A stretch of 64,000 bases of DNA from Candidatus Poribacteria bacterium (GTDB taxonomy: Bacteria; Poribacteria; WGA-4E; WGA-3G). A program made the position numbers and the translations under genes. Within the stretch, counting starts at the first letter, position 1. Each line of letters opens with the position of its first letter. Shown here piece by piece: positions 8,315 through 19,194 of the stretch. The DNA is taken from contig CAXXUA010000003.1 in NCBI GenBank assembly GCA_963663765.2, forward strand, positions 46,042 through 110,041, read 5' to 3'. Under the pieces are notes generated by a model that searched no databases, had not been told where the DNA came from, and saw nothing but the letters and a program-made list of their open reading frames with translations.

Positions 8315-9727
8315 CTAAATATTTGACACATAAATCGGTTTACCTTGCATTTCTTTTGGAATGTCAATACCGAATTCGTTTAGCACTGTCGGTGCGATAT
8401 CGTATATGCTTTTTGTCGGAACATGTCCACTTGTCTGTCTACCGTCTTTGAGAATAAACATACCCATCTCAGCATGGTTACAGTCGTCAGGACCGGTGTC
8501 GTTGTCATAAGTATAGATGCTGTCGTATCCAACACTTCCCACTGAACGCCAATAGAGGTCACCGAAATAGACGATGAGGTCAGGTGGGATGTTGCGGCAC
8601 TTTTGATATACCTCCTCTGGCTTAAAGACGCGTGTATTGATATTCTTTCCGGTCTCATCTACGATCGCTTCAAGTTGTATCTTTAGTTCATCTCGAACCC
8701 TTTCGTAGTCTTGTGGATTGACAATCCCGTTAGGTTCTCTACCAGAAACATTGAGAAAGATTCGTGCGTAATACCCACCTTCACCCCATGCTTTTGTCTG
8801 TTGCCAATTTACCATGTCAGTTGAGAACCGCGAAATACTTTTCGGTTTCGTTTTTAGTGTGAGATAACGGTGTTTTTGCAACCATTCATTGACACAGATA
8901 CCGCCATCCATCCGTTTTGCGCCGTGGTCGGAGACAACCATGACAGTGGTGTCATCATCAACCAATTCTAACATCTTACCAAGTTCATCATCAAGTGTGC
9001 GATAGTAGTTCCGCATTGTATCCGCAAACGGTGAATTCGGTTCATATTTTGGATGCGTCTTATCCCAAAACCGCCAAAATGCGTGATGGAGTCGGTCAGA
9101 ACCCATCTCCACCATCATGAAGAAATCCCATGCTTTTTTCTCAAGCAGATAACGTGCGAATTTGAACCGTGCGCGTGTCATTTTATGGAGTTGCTGTTCC
9201 AACTCCGCGCGTTTATCGGTGCGGTAATTTGGAATGTCAATCATGTAATCAGGTGCGACTTGGGAAATTTCACGTGTGAGTCTCGGTGGAAATGTCCACT
9301 GCAAGTTTCGTTGTGTCAACGGAGAATTGAGATCACAAGGAGTGAGGAAACTGGTAATCATCCACCCCGGAAATGGTTTTGCAGGATAGGTGAGCGGTAC
9401 TCCCAAGACAGCAGAACGTTTTTGTGTTTGTCCAATTAAATCCCAGAGAGTCGGTAATTGCACCTGTTGTGCGTTGGCAATACTGAGTGCATCGTAGGTA
9501 TAATCCGCCCGGTTGCGAAAGCCGTAGATACCGAGTTCACCCGGATCACGACTGGTCATCATGCACATCCACGCAGGCACGGTAATAGGTGGGATTGTGC
9601 TTTCCAATTCCCCATAGATACCCTTTTGCATCAAGCCTTTTGTATGAGGCATGTCGTCTATGAATGCATCAAAGACCAATTCGGGTGCAGCGCAATCCCA
9701 TCCTATAATTAGAACCCGCTTATTCAT
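8315..9727 (-). CDS. alkaline-phosphatase-superfamily phosphodiesterase/nucleotide pyrophosphatase-like protein
   Basis: MNKRVLIIGWDC..., VVSDHGA metal-site motif. I prefer the ATG at 9727, which has an aagga RBS and does not overlap the upstream gene, over the track start at 9778. Confidence 0.7.
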   Translation of the reverse strand: MNKRVLIIGWDCAAPELVFDAFIDDMPHTKGLMQKGIYGELESTIPPITVPAWMCMMTSRDPGELGIYGFRNRADYTYDALSIANAQQVQLPTLWDLIGQTQKRSAVLGVPLTYPAKPFPGWMITSFLTPCDLNSPLTQRNLQWTFPPRLTREISQVAPDYMIDIPNYRTDKRAELEQQLHKMTRARFKFARYLLEKKAWDFFMMVEMGSDRLHHAFWRFWDKTHPKYEPNSPFADTMRNYYRTLDDELGKMLELVDDDTTVMVVSDHGAKRMDGGICVNEWLQKHRYLTLKTKPKSISRFSTDMVNWQQTKAWGEGGYYARIFLNVSGREPNGIVNPQDYERVRDELKIQLEAIVDETGKNINTRVFKPEEVYQKCRNIPPDLIVYFGDLYWRSVGSVGYDSIYTYDNDTGPDDCNHAEMGMFILKDGRQTSGHVPTKSIYDIAPTVLNEFGIDIPKEMQGKPIYVSNI

Positions 9728-9737
9728 ACTATGTCCT

Positions 9738-11090
9738 TTATGCCCAACGTGGTTTTCTACCACCAAACCGCTGTTCACTGATGTTCCACAGTTCTGTCAA
9801 TCCGAGTTGACGGATATGGTCTAAACCGGCAATGCATGGATCATTTATCCGAGTGAGCCACTGCTGAAGTTCTGTCTCTAATTCTTCTTTGAGCGATTGT
9901 GAGTTTGCATCGTCAATAAGATTGTTCATTTGATACGGGTCGTTATCATTATCGTAGAGTAGCCAGCCTGTTCCATCGTAATGACGTGCGTAAGTGTGTC
10001 TATGTGTCCGGACACCTCGCCATTCGCGGAGACCGAAATTGAACCCTTCACCACCATGCAATGGAAGCTCAAGCAGAACAGATTGCGGTTCATCAATTGC
10101 CTTTCCAAGCATCGCATCTGAAAGGTCAATACCTTCAACACCTTCTGGTATTGGTAGATCACACAAGGATAGCATTGATGGCATAAAATCTACAAGGCTT
10201 AGTAATGTATCACGGGTAACACCAGCGGGAATTTTGCGTGGATACCGGATCATGAAAGGGATGCGGCTTGATTCGTCCCACGGACGTTCTTTTCGGTTAT
10301 GTCCATGACTACCCAGCATATCACCATGGTCAGATGTATAGACAAGGATTGTGTCTTCAGCGATGCCGATTTCGTCTAATGCAGTCATCAGACGTGCAAG
10401 GTTTTCATCTAAAGCCGTGATATGTGCGTAGTAGCCTGAAATATCCTTTCGTGTTGCAGGAGTGTCTACAGCATTTGGACGTAACTGAATTTCTTCTGGT
10501 GGATACATCTCTTTATACCGTTCAGGTACATGTTCATACGGATTGTGAGGTGGTCCCCAACTTACATAGAGACAGAAGGGTTCATCGGCATGGTCGCGGC
10601 AGTATTGGATTGCCTGATCAGTTTGAAAATCGGGTTCATATCCTTCTATTTTGTGTTTGTTTCCATCGGAGTCGTGGTAGGGCGCGTTGAAATAATTATG
10701 ATGACAATTCCATCCAACCCAATGATCAAAACCGAACCGCATTTCGTGAGTAATGAACTTATCCCTCGGCATGCCGCCGAGGTGCCATTTGCCGATATAT
10801 CCTGTTGCGTATCCATCGTCTTTGAAGACTTGTGCAACGCCTGTTTCAGATAATGGTAGTGGTAAGTCGTTAGAGACCGCTTTGTGGCTCAAAGGGTGTT
10901 TGCCGGTCATCAGGCATCCGCGAGCAGGTACACATATCGGGACATTGGTAAAGGTGTTTGGAAAGAACATCCCTTCTTGTGCAAGTTGATCCATAGCGGG
11001 TGTCTGTAATTGTGGGTTGCCAGCACATCCGACATCACATTGCCGGTGTTGGTCTCCAAAAACAAAGATTAGATTTGGTTTTCGTTCCAT
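9738..11090 (-). CDS. sulfatase (formylglycine-dependent)
   Basis: CxPxR signature CVPARGCLMTGKHP, plus GKWHLG and SDHGDMLG. Confidence 0.85.
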   Translation of the reverse strand: MERKPNLIFVFGDQHRQCDVGCAGNPQLQTPAMDQLAQEGMFFPNTFTNVPICVPARGCLMTGKHPLSHKAVSNDLPLPLSETGVAQVFKDDGYATGYIGKWHLGGMPRDKFITHEMRFGFDHWVGWNCHHNYFNAPYHDSDGNKHKIEGYEPDFQTDQAIQYCRDHADEPFCLYVSWGPPHNPYEHVPERYKEMYPPEEIQLRPNAVDTPATRKDISGYYAHITALDENLARLMTALDEIGIAEDTILVYTSDHGDMLGSHGHNRKERPWDESSRIPFMIRYPRKIPAGVTRDTLLSLVDFMPSMLSLCDLPIPEGVEGIDLSDAMLGKAIDEPQSVLLELPLHGGEGFNFGLREWRGVRTHRHTYARHYDGTGWLLYDNDNDPYQMNNLIDDANSQSLKEELETELQQWLTRINDPCIAGLDHIRQLGLTELWNISEQRFGGRKPRWA

Positions 11091-11376
11091 TCTTCCTCCT
11101 ATTTCTAATTCTAATATTGATTTGATACTTCACGGAAACTACCAGGAACCGCTAAACGTTTTTCAACTGGAAAACTATTATATTTTCGGTTGTGTAGTCT
11201 TACCCAATCCGAACTTTTACAACTACAACCGAGTATCCGCTGTAACATTTTCGTGTTGTTGTTTTGCGTTAAGCCTTCACCGCATTTTCAAAGGATATTG
11301 TATTGACAGATATTATACCATGTCTAAGTGAAAAAAAATATCAATCTTAGATTGCAATACCTTCGCCAATAATAGA

Positions 11377-11555
11377 CATTCTTCCAGATTGTGTGGGTAG
11401 TTGTAGCACATTCTTCCAGATTGTGCGGGTAGTTGTAGCACATTCTTCCAGATTGTGCGGTCAGTTGTAGCACATTCTTCCAGATTGTGCGGTCAGTTGT
11501 AGCACATTCTTCCAGATTGTGCGGTCAGTTGTAGCACATTCTTCCAGATTGTGCA
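11377..11555. repeat. 32-bp tandem array, ~5.6 copies (cattcttccagattgtgcggtcagttgtagca)
   Basis: Copies start at 11377, 11409, 11441, 11473, 11505 and 11537. Each unit contains GTAG followed by caca..tgtg stem arms. The array sits between inverted repeats ataccttcgcca (11358) and tggcgaaggtat (11717). Confidence 0.9.
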
Positions 11556-12147
11556 TATAAATTATTCTGTCAGATTCTATCGTCAAATTCGACGCTATGA
11601 TAAATAAAAATACTTCAACGAAAACCTGAAGTTATTTTTATTTATGTAATCCTAACAATATCACAGAGCAATGGTAGATCAACACTATATACTCATTCAA
11701 CTGAAGCACTAAAAAATGGCGAAGGTATTGATCATCTTGTCCATGTTTTTAGTGGTTCTTTCGGCAATTAATTGTTGCATAAAATAAAAGTCCAATGCTG
11801 AAGAACCCCGTAGTCATATGTTTAAGTAGTAGATCGTCAATGGAAACATATCAGGACTTATACACCCAACGGTAGGCATGCTTTGTAAGCGCGCCGGAAA
11901 CCTAAAAAATGCTGAAAATTACATCGTTTTCGTCTTAATTCTTGATTGGATCATGAAAACTGCGTAAGTCCTACATAGAATAAATACTTAGCAAGAAAAT
12001 CATTTAGTGGTTTACTCGGCAATTAATATTGGTATTTTAGACACCCTAAATTCACCCACATTTATCCCCCTGCAAGCGAGGGGAAGGGACATTTTGGTTG
12101 TTTCTGTCCGTTCTATATATAATAAATGTTTAGCGAGTAAACCATTT

Positions 12148-12360
12148 AGTTCCGTAGGAACGATATGTTTATAGAAAATGTTTTCTACCCCAATTGAGTT
12201 CCGTAGGAACGATATGTTTATAGAAAATGTTTTCTACCCCAATTGAGTTCCGTAGGAACGATATGTTTATAGAAAATGTTTTCTACCCCAATTGAGTTCC
12301 GTAGGAACGATATGTTTATAGAAAATGTTTTCTACCCCAATTGAGTTCCGTAGGAACGAC
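12148..12360. repeat. 49/50-bp tandem array, ~4.3 copies (gttccgtaggaacgatatgtttatagaaaatgttttctaccccaattga)
   Basis: Unit starts at 12148, 12198, 12247, 12296 and 12345. The units are identical, so there are no unique spacers. Confidence 0.9.
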
Positions 12361-12590
12361 ATAGAAGAATACACATATCGTCCCTACCAAATCAACGCCA
12401 AATGCGTCAAATCAAGAAATCAACGGTATGAATGCCATTAAGGCATTCCCCGTATGGCATTTGTCGGGACTAAAAAGCGATGTTCATGTTTCAATAATCT
12501 AAAATTGATGTATAAAGTTCGGTTAGGAAACCGAACCTTGTATTAACTTTCAGTAAATCTCAATAACAGAAAATTCTTAAAACTGAATAA

Positions 12591-12860
12591 CACTATTGCT
12601 TAGTCACGTGTTTATTGATGGGTCTAAAAAGTAGTCGGGAATCGGAGTTCCCTCCTACAATACACACAAGACTTCTGTAGGAGCGATCTCCGAATCTCGA
12701 CCTACAATAATAGTATGTTGACTCAACACTATTGCTTAGTCACGTGTTTATTGATGGGTCTAAAAAGTAGTCGGGAATCGGAGTTCCCTCCTACAATACA
12801 CAAGACTTCTGTAAGAGCGATCTCCGAATCTCGACCTACAATAGTATGTTGACTCAACAC
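12591..12860. repeat. 136-bp tandem duplication carrying a GTAGG-headed hairpin pair
   Basis: cactattgcttagtcacgtg... starts at 12591 and again at 12727. Each unit contains gtcgggaatcggagttccctcctaca ... tgtaggagcgatctccgaatctcgac. Confidence 0.85.
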
Positions 12861-13626
12861 TAGATTGAACATAGGTATACGAGTTGTGCTAAATGACTTT
12901 ATGTAAACCATTGTTTCACATAAGCATAACGTTTTGCAGGTGTCCTTCATAGCTTGAAACGATCTTCAGTCCCGACAAATGCCATACGCGCATTTGGCGT
13001 TGATTTGGTAGGGACGATATGTTTATAGAAAAACGTCATAGTACATCCTCTTTAGTCCCGCCAAATGCCATACGCGCATTTGGCGTTGATTTGGTAGGGA
13101 CGATATGTGTGCATTATAAACCTAATATTATGTAAAAACTTTGAAAACAATGGGTTAACTGGCACAAGTCGTTAATTGTATATTTCACTATAAGTTACTA
13201 ATTGGTAAAATTGGTAATTTTTTCTTCGGAAAAACCCAGTCATAGACAAGATTCGTGTACAGAATAAATTACCAATTGCCTGTAAGTAGCGACTTGTGCT
13301 AAATAACTATTTATTAAAAATTACTTCACATAGACAAGAGGATTTAACCGTCGTTCTTTTGCTTTGGATGATCTTTAGTCCCGTTGGGACGAAATGTTTA
13401 TATATCATACCCAATATATGTGAATTTAGTATAAACATTTAGTTAACTGGCACAAGTCGTTAGGTATGTAATTGTCGATTATTCGCAAATTCTAACACAG
13501 GTTTCTTATGGTAGGAGCGAACTGTCGGTCACATTCTGTCGAATGCAATATGTGCATTCGACGTTGATTTGAAAATCCCGGTTCAGACAATACTTCGGTA
13601 TTGAAAACTCTACCCGTTATACAAAC

Positions 13627-15543
13627 CTAATCTACATCACCAGGATCTTTTACCCATAACAGTACGGTGCCATCATTGCTACCGCTCGCGAGCGTTTTTC
13701 CGTCTGGACTGAACGCAACGCTAGTCACAGGATACGTATGAGCTTTCAACTCAATAATGAGGGTACCTGTGCGGACATCCCACAAACTAACGGTTCTGTC
13801 CCAGCTGCCACACGCGAGTATCTTACCATCAGGACTGAACGCAAGGCAAAGGTTACCTCTATTCCCTAATGTTACTGTACGAACAGATTCACCTGTCCGC
13901 GGATTCCACAGACGAATAGTCCCATCCCCCGATAGACTTGCTAACAAAGTCCCATCCGCACTATAGGCAACGGTATTTACAAAACCCGTATGACCTTTCA
14001 AACGAGAGACAACTTTATTCGTGTTCGTATCCAAAAGCATCACAGTGTTATCATCACCACACGCTAATTGAGAACCATCCGGACTATACGCAATGCAATA
14101 TATCATACTTACCGAGTCTTCTACCGTAAGGAATTGATGTTTACCTGTCTGGAGGTCCCATAGATTCATGGAAAAGTCTTGATGTGCTCTTAGAAGTTTC
14201 TTTCCATCAGGACTGAAAGCCATGTCTGAAATCCAAAATCGATTATCTTCCAGTTCCTTCAGAGATTTACCTGTTTCTACATTCCATAAGCGAATAGTAT
14301 TGTTTACATCGACACTTGCAATGTTCTTTCCATTAGGACTGTAGACAACGATAGAGACTTGATTTGTATGTCCTTTCAGCACGCGCAGGGATTCACCCGA
14401 TTGTGCGTCCCATAAATGAACGGTGTTGTCTCTGCTCCCGCTTGCTAAAATCTTACCATCCGGACTGAACGCAACGCTATTGACACCATTTGTATGCCCT
14501 GTTATCGTCCGCAGCTGCTTGCCTGTGTTTGTCTCCCATAAACGCAAGGTGCCGTCCCGGCTGCCAGTCCGCAGTGTTTTGCCATCCGGACTGAATGCAA
14601 TGCTCAACACAAAAGAAGCATGTCCTTTCAACGTGCGGATGTGGGCTCCCGTCTCTGCATCCCACAGCCTTGAGGTATTGTCCCAACTTGCACTCGCCAG
14701 CATCTTTCCATCCGGGCTAAAGACAACAATATCAACATAATTTATATGATCATGCAACATGTACCGTGTAGTGCCTGTTTGCACGTCCCACACCAGCACG
14801 TTGGTGTCATCACTGGCAGTCGCAATTGACTTTCCATCCGGACTGAACGATACGTATTTTATTTTTTCTGTATGTCCTATGAATGTCTGCAGCAGTTCAC
14901 CCGTTTGCACATTCCATAACCGTGCAGTTCTGTCTTTACTGCAACTCGCCAGTAATGAGCCGTTTGGACTAAACGCAACACTTATGACACCCGATTCATG
15001 TCCATCTATTGTCTGAAGATGTGTACCTGTTCGCACATTCCATAAACGGATATTGTGATCGTAACTTCCGCTCGCTAAAAGTGTCCCATCCGGACTGAAC
15101 GCAATACCTTCAACACCGTCTTCATGTCCTATCATCGTGCGTAGTTCTGTGCCTGTGTGCGCATCCCACAGACGGATAGTCATGTCTGCACTCCCGCTTG
15201 CCAACAGTGAGCCATCTGGACTGAACACTGTCATCAAAACAAAGTCGGTGTGTCCTGTAAGAAATTGGAGTGGTTTGTCAGTGTGTGCGTCGTAAATCCA
15301 AATACCAGTGCTACACGAGACCGCCAAATACTTTCCGTCATGAGAATAGGTTATATTTCCTCTTATCCCACCTTTACCGAGCCGTGCTCTTGCACCCTCG
15401 GGTAAGTTTTGTAAATGCCAATCTTGTTTGTCTTGTTTGTCTTGTTTGTCTTGTGCGAAAGTATTTTGTGAAATAACGCACGTCGTCAAAACCAAAGTTG
15501 TCGTCAAAACCAAAGTTAATATCAGAATCAGTGTTTTTTGCAT
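13627..15543 (-). CDS. secreted WD40-repeat protein
   Basis: About 14 WD40 units (GHT..V.SVAFSPDG..LASGS.D.T.RLWD). I prefer the ATG at 15543 (MQKTLILILTLVL... signal). A QDK x3 linker is encoded by a 9-bp microsatellite. Confidence 0.85.
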   Translation of the reverse strand: MQKTLILILTLVLTTTLVLTTCVISQNTFAQDKQDKQDKQDWHLQNLPEGARARLGKGGIRGNITYSHDGKYLAVSCSTGIWIYDAHTDKPLQFLTGHTDFVLMTVFSPDGSLLASGSADMTIRLWDAHTGTELRTMIGHEDGVEGIAFSPDGTLLASGSYDHNIRLWNVRTGTHLQTIDGHESGVISVAFSPNGSLLASCSKDRTARLWNVQTGELLQTFIGHTEKIKYVSFSPDGKSIATASDDTNVLVWDVQTGTTRYMLHDHINYVDIVVFSPDGKMLASASWDNTSRLWDAETGAHIRTLKGHASFVLSIAFSPDGKTLRTGSRDGTLRLWETNTGKQLRTITGHTNGVNSVAFSPDGKILASGSRDNTVHLWDAQSGESLRVLKGHTNQVSIVVYSPNGKNIASVDVNNTIRLWNVETGKSLKELEDNRFWISDMAFSPDGKKLLRAHQDFSMNLWDLQTGKHQFLTVEDSVSMIYCIAYSPDGSQLACGDDNTVMLLDTNTNKVVSRLKGHTGFVNTVAYSADGTLLASLSGDGTIRLWNPRTGESVRTVTLGNRGNLCLAFSPDGKILACGSWDRTVSLWDVRTGTLIIELKAHTYPVTSVAFSPDGKTLASGSNDGTVLLWVKDPGDVD

Positions 15544-15702
15544 GAGAAAGGGATCCTTATTCGGGTTGTTTGTACAGGTTTCGTTCTTAAACCAAACCCA
15601 CAAGAACAGTTATGTTAAACTGAAACTCACCATACGCACATTCATACCCTTGATTTACGGGGTTACGTTTCACATTTCTATTCAGACTAATCAGTATACG
15701 AA

Positions 15703-16728
15703 CTACTGCATCCATGTATATATTTTCCTGAGCATACCTTCACTGCGTGTCCACAATGACCTTTTGAATGGTGAGACAATCTTTGTATAACTACAGAAAT
15801 CAGTTTTTTTGGCACGGTATTGCTCTTTATGTGCTATCAAACCTTCATTCTCTGGTGGTGATGCGCCGAAATCAATCCATTCATATCCTTCTCTGCATGC
15901 CCATGTAATAATATGGTGAAAAATAGCATTGTTTGGACGATATTGTAAGTATGCAGGGTCGGATGCCTCACACCACAAGGTTACATTGCGATTGTAGTAC
16001 AGATAGAGTAAACCGGCAATGATTGTGTTTTGGTATTTAGCAATCGCGAGTTTAGCAACACCCCGTTGTAAAAGCATCTTCATAAGCGTGCACGGTTTCG
16101 GTGTACCTTCTAATCGTTTTACTGTGTTTAGGTACATCTCGTAGAATGTGGATAGGTCGTCCTCATTATCGGTATCAGTAACTTCCACCCCAGATTTTTG
16201 TGCTTTACGGACTGCCCCGCGTACCCGTTTGTTGTATGCTTGCCATAAGGTGTCAATATCTCTGTTGGTGTTGAGTATATGTGTAAATCTTTCTGTCTTT
16301 TTGTATCCAATTTCTGTCAAAAAACCACCATATTTTATAGTATCCTCCGCGGAAAGCGTCCAGCACAATTCGCACCAACCTTTTTCTGAAGATACCGTTT
16401 GTATATAGTTCTCAATGGATGAGATCAATTCTCTTGCGTTTAGTTGTTCGCAATTAATGATCTGTGGACCACCGAACAAATTCCACGGCATAGAATGCCA
16501 CAATCGGATGCCTGGTATCGGTTGAAACACAAAAGCGGGGACTCCCCCAACTGTCATTTCATCCTTTTTGATGAAAAGAGATACAGGCTGAAGCTGCTTG
16601 AATGCATTATCAAGTGCATCTCTCCAAGCTGCCCCGTGAAAAGCAGTACTATTTTGACATTGAAGGATAATTGCATCCCATTCATCAGGATTTTGTGATG
16701 TAAGCGGTTCAATGGTGTACACATGCAC
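15703..16728 (-). CDS. FemAB-like/GNAT-fold acyltransferase (tentative)
   Basis: 341 aa. The general layout resembles the FemAB/BioF2-like acetyltransferase family. This rests on recollection only, with no diagnostic motif verified. Confidence 0.45.
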   Translation of the reverse strand: MHVYTIEPLTSQNPDEWDAIILQCQNSTAFHGAAWRDALDNAFKQLQPVSLFIKKDEMTVGGVPAFVFQPIPGIRLWHSMPWNLFGGPQIINCEQLNARELISSIENYIQTVSSEKGWCELCWTLSAEDTIKYGGFLTEIGYKKTERFTHILNTNRDIDTLWQAYNKRVRGAVRKAQKSGVEVTDTDNEDDLSTFYEMYLNTVKRLEGTPKPCTLMKMLLQRGVAKLAIAKYQNTIIAGLLYLYYNRNVTLWCEASDPAYLQYRPNNAIFHHIITWACREGYEWIDFGASPPENEGLIAHKEQYRAKKTDFCSYTKIVSPFKRSLWTRSEGMLRKIYTWMQ

Positions 16729-16832
16729 ATTGTAATTGATAAGTCTGTTTTGTGCAAGGAATATAGGTGTGTAAAGTTTTTATCATGTTTCTGAATCTCG
16801 GATTTCGCGGATAAGATACCAGCATCAGATAG

Positions 16833-17142
16833 CAGGGTTATTTAGTTTTCAATATTTTTGATATTATTTTACTATGTCGTTAATTTTATGGGATACCATC
16901 TTGTCCAGTTCTTTAGTCCCGTAGGGACGATATGTTTATAGAAAACGAATACCCTCCACAGCTCTTTAGTCCCGTAGGGACGATATGTTTATTCTTCTAT
17001 GTCGTTCCTACGGAACTAAAGAGCGATGTTCATTTTTCAATAATTTAAAACCGATGCAGAAAGTTCGGTTAGGAAACCGAACTTGGGTATTAACTTTCAG
17101 TAAATCTCAATAACATAAAACTCTTAAAACTAAATTACCTTG
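16833..17142. mobile_element. MITE family B (TIR cagggttattYagtttt), copy with one internal 53-bp unit
   Basis: Left TIR cagggttatttagtttt and degenerate right TIR aaaactaaattaccttg. Flanking 9-mers atcagatag / atcaggtcg match at 7 of 9. The element is inserted inside an aatccgcg-type inverted repeat. Confidence 0.7.
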
Positions 17143-17366
17143 ATCAGGTCGGATTACATAGGACAAGCGTTATCTATGAAATAAGGTTAATTGTTGAGAT
17201 CTTATCCGTGTAATCCGCGATTTAGAACACAATGAAATTGTGTTTCAAATTATAATAAAATATGGTACAATTCACTAAAAAGGGATAAGGAGAAAATCAA
17301 GACTATTAACAGTGTTATTTATTGTGACATTTCAAACATCTTGTAGACATTGCAAAGGAAAAAATA

Positions 17367-18845
17367 ATGGACCCAATTAAGGAATATCTACAACTTGAAA
17401 CACGCCGCCAATTTTTTGGTAAGTGTGCGATGGGACTTGGTGGTGCAGCTCTCGCCTCAATGCTGCCGAGTAGTATTGTGAACGCACTTGAACAGCAAGC
17501 GGGAACACGTATCGGTGGTTTACCTGAATTACCGCACTTTGCACCGAAAGCAAAACGGGCTATCTATCTATTTATGTCTGGCGCGCCCTCACAGATGGAC
17601 CTGTTTGATTACAAACCGAAGATGGGTGAATGGTTTGATAAAGACCTGCCAGAAACGGTGCGGATGGGACAACGTCTTACAACGATGACCTCTGGACAAG
17701 CGCGTTTCCCAATTGCACCGTCTATTTTTGAGTTCAAGCAGTACGATAACGGTAGTGACGGTGTATGGCTTAGTGAGTTGTTACCGCATACCGCATCTAT
17801 GGTAAAAGATATTGCCATTATCAAAAGTGTTCACACCGAGGCGATCAACCATGACCCAGCTATCACGTTTGTGTGTACCGGTGATGAAACACCCGGCAAA
17901 CCGAGCCTCGGTGCGTGGCTTAGTTATGGACTCGGTAGTGAGAACCAGAATCTGCCGGCATTCATTGTAATGAACGCGACTTGGAGCGGTCCGAAGGGCG
18001 CACAAGCACTTTACAACCGCCTCTGGGGTGCCGGGTTCCTCCCATCCGAACATCAAGGTGTGTTACTCCGAAGCCAAGGCGATCCTGTGCTATTTCTCTC
18101 AAATCCTAAAGGCATGAGTGAAAAAGCACGCAAACGCATGCTTGATTCACTTGTCAAACTGAATGAAGAACTCTACGAGGAGGTCGGCGATCCAGAAACG
18201 CACGCACGTATTTCTCAATATGAGATGGCGTTCCGTATGCAGACCTCAGTCCCTGAACTCACTGATCTTAAACAGGAATCTGATAAAGTTAAAGAGATGT
18301 ATGGTCCTGAAGTAAGCACCCCCGGGACGTTTGCGAACTGCTGTATCCTTGCACGTCGGATGATGGAGCGGGATGTCCGTTTAGTTCAAATCTTCCATCG
18401 TGGTTGGGACCAGCACGGTGACCTACCCAAGAACATTCGGAATCAGGCGCGCGATATTGACCAACCTGCAACAGCACTCGTCCAAGACCTGAAACAACGC
18501 GGCATGCTTGATGAAACACTTGTTGTTTGGGGTGGTGAATTCGGTCGGACTGTTTACTGCCAAGGTGCGCTTAAGAAGGATAATTATGGACGCGATCATC
18601 ACCCGAAATGCTTTACGCTTTGGATGGCAGGCGGGGGTATAAAAGGTGGCATCGTTCACGGAGAAACAGATGATTTCAGTTACAACATCGTCAAAGACCC
18701 TGTTTCTGTGCGCGACCTAAACGCTACGATTCTCAATCAACTCGGAATTGATCATGAAAGGTTGACCTTTAAGTTCCAAGGACTTGACCATAGGTTGACT
18801 GGTGTTGAGGAGAAAGCGCATGTTGTCAATGAGATTTTGGCGTAA
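17367..18845 (+). CDS. DUF1501 family protein (sulfatase-like fold, Tat signal)
   Basis: Twin-arginine leader [19 protein letters not shown]. The conserved blocks [30 protein letters not shown] and TEAINHDPA are typical of DUF1501. Confidence 0.85.
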   Translation: MDPIKEYLQLETRRQFFGKCAMGLGGAALASMLPSSIVNALEQQAGTRIGGLPELPHFAPKAKRAIYLFMSGAPSQMDLFDYKPKMGEWFDKDLPETVRMGQRLTTMTSGQARFPIAPSIFEFKQYDNGSDGVWLSELLPHTASMVKDIAIIKSVHTEAINHDPAITFVCTGDETPGKPSLGAWLSYGLGSENQNLPAFIVMNATWSGPKGAQALYNRLWGAGFLPSEHQGVLLRSQGDPVLFLSNPKGMSEKARKRMLDSLVKLNEELYEEVGDPETHARISQYEMAFRMQTSVPELTDLKQESDKVKEMYGPEVSTPGTFANCCILARRMMERDVRLVQIFHRGWDQHGDLPKNIRNQARDIDQPATALVQDLKQRGMLDETLVVWGGEFGRTVYCQGALKKDNYGRDHHPKCFTLWMAGGGIKGGIVHGETDDFSYNIVKDPVSVRDLNATILNQLGIDHERLTFKFQGLDHRLTGVEEKAHVVNEILA

Positions 18846-18865
18846 CCTTAAAATTTGCTGATAGT

Positions 18866-18889
18866 CGCGCGTTTTGTCCGCGCGTCTTT
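18866..18889 (+). terminator. possible intrinsic terminator hairpin
   Basis: cgcgcg-ttttgtc-cgcgcg followed by tcttt, about 20 nt after the stop codon. The U-tract is short. Confidence 0.35.
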
Positions 18890-18890
18890 A

Positions 18891-19126
18891 GGTAATACCA
18901 TTTCTAATAAATAATGTCTCTTTTTTGAGCATCAAACTTTTGGTTTGGGTTTCCGTATAAGACTAGAGCATATCTCATAAATCATTCTTATAGAAATAAC
19001 GGGCGGGGAGACCCCGCCCCTACGATGATAACGATAGGTGACAATCTAACCATTTGATTATGAGATTCGTTCTACATTTCACAAAAACCTGCAATGCAAT
19101 ATGTTTTTTTAGAAATGGTATTACAA
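18891..19126. mobile_element. MITE-like element related to family A (different core)
   Basis: TIRs ggtaataccatttctaa / ttagaaatggtattac. The core hairpin gggcgggg-aga-ccccgccc is followed by ctac, which is a GTAG head on the minus strand. Confidence 0.55.
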
Positions 19127-19194
19127 CATCTTTTGAAGATTAATGTATAATTATGGTGCGGTTAATTGACCTGACTTCCCATTGAGGTGATATT

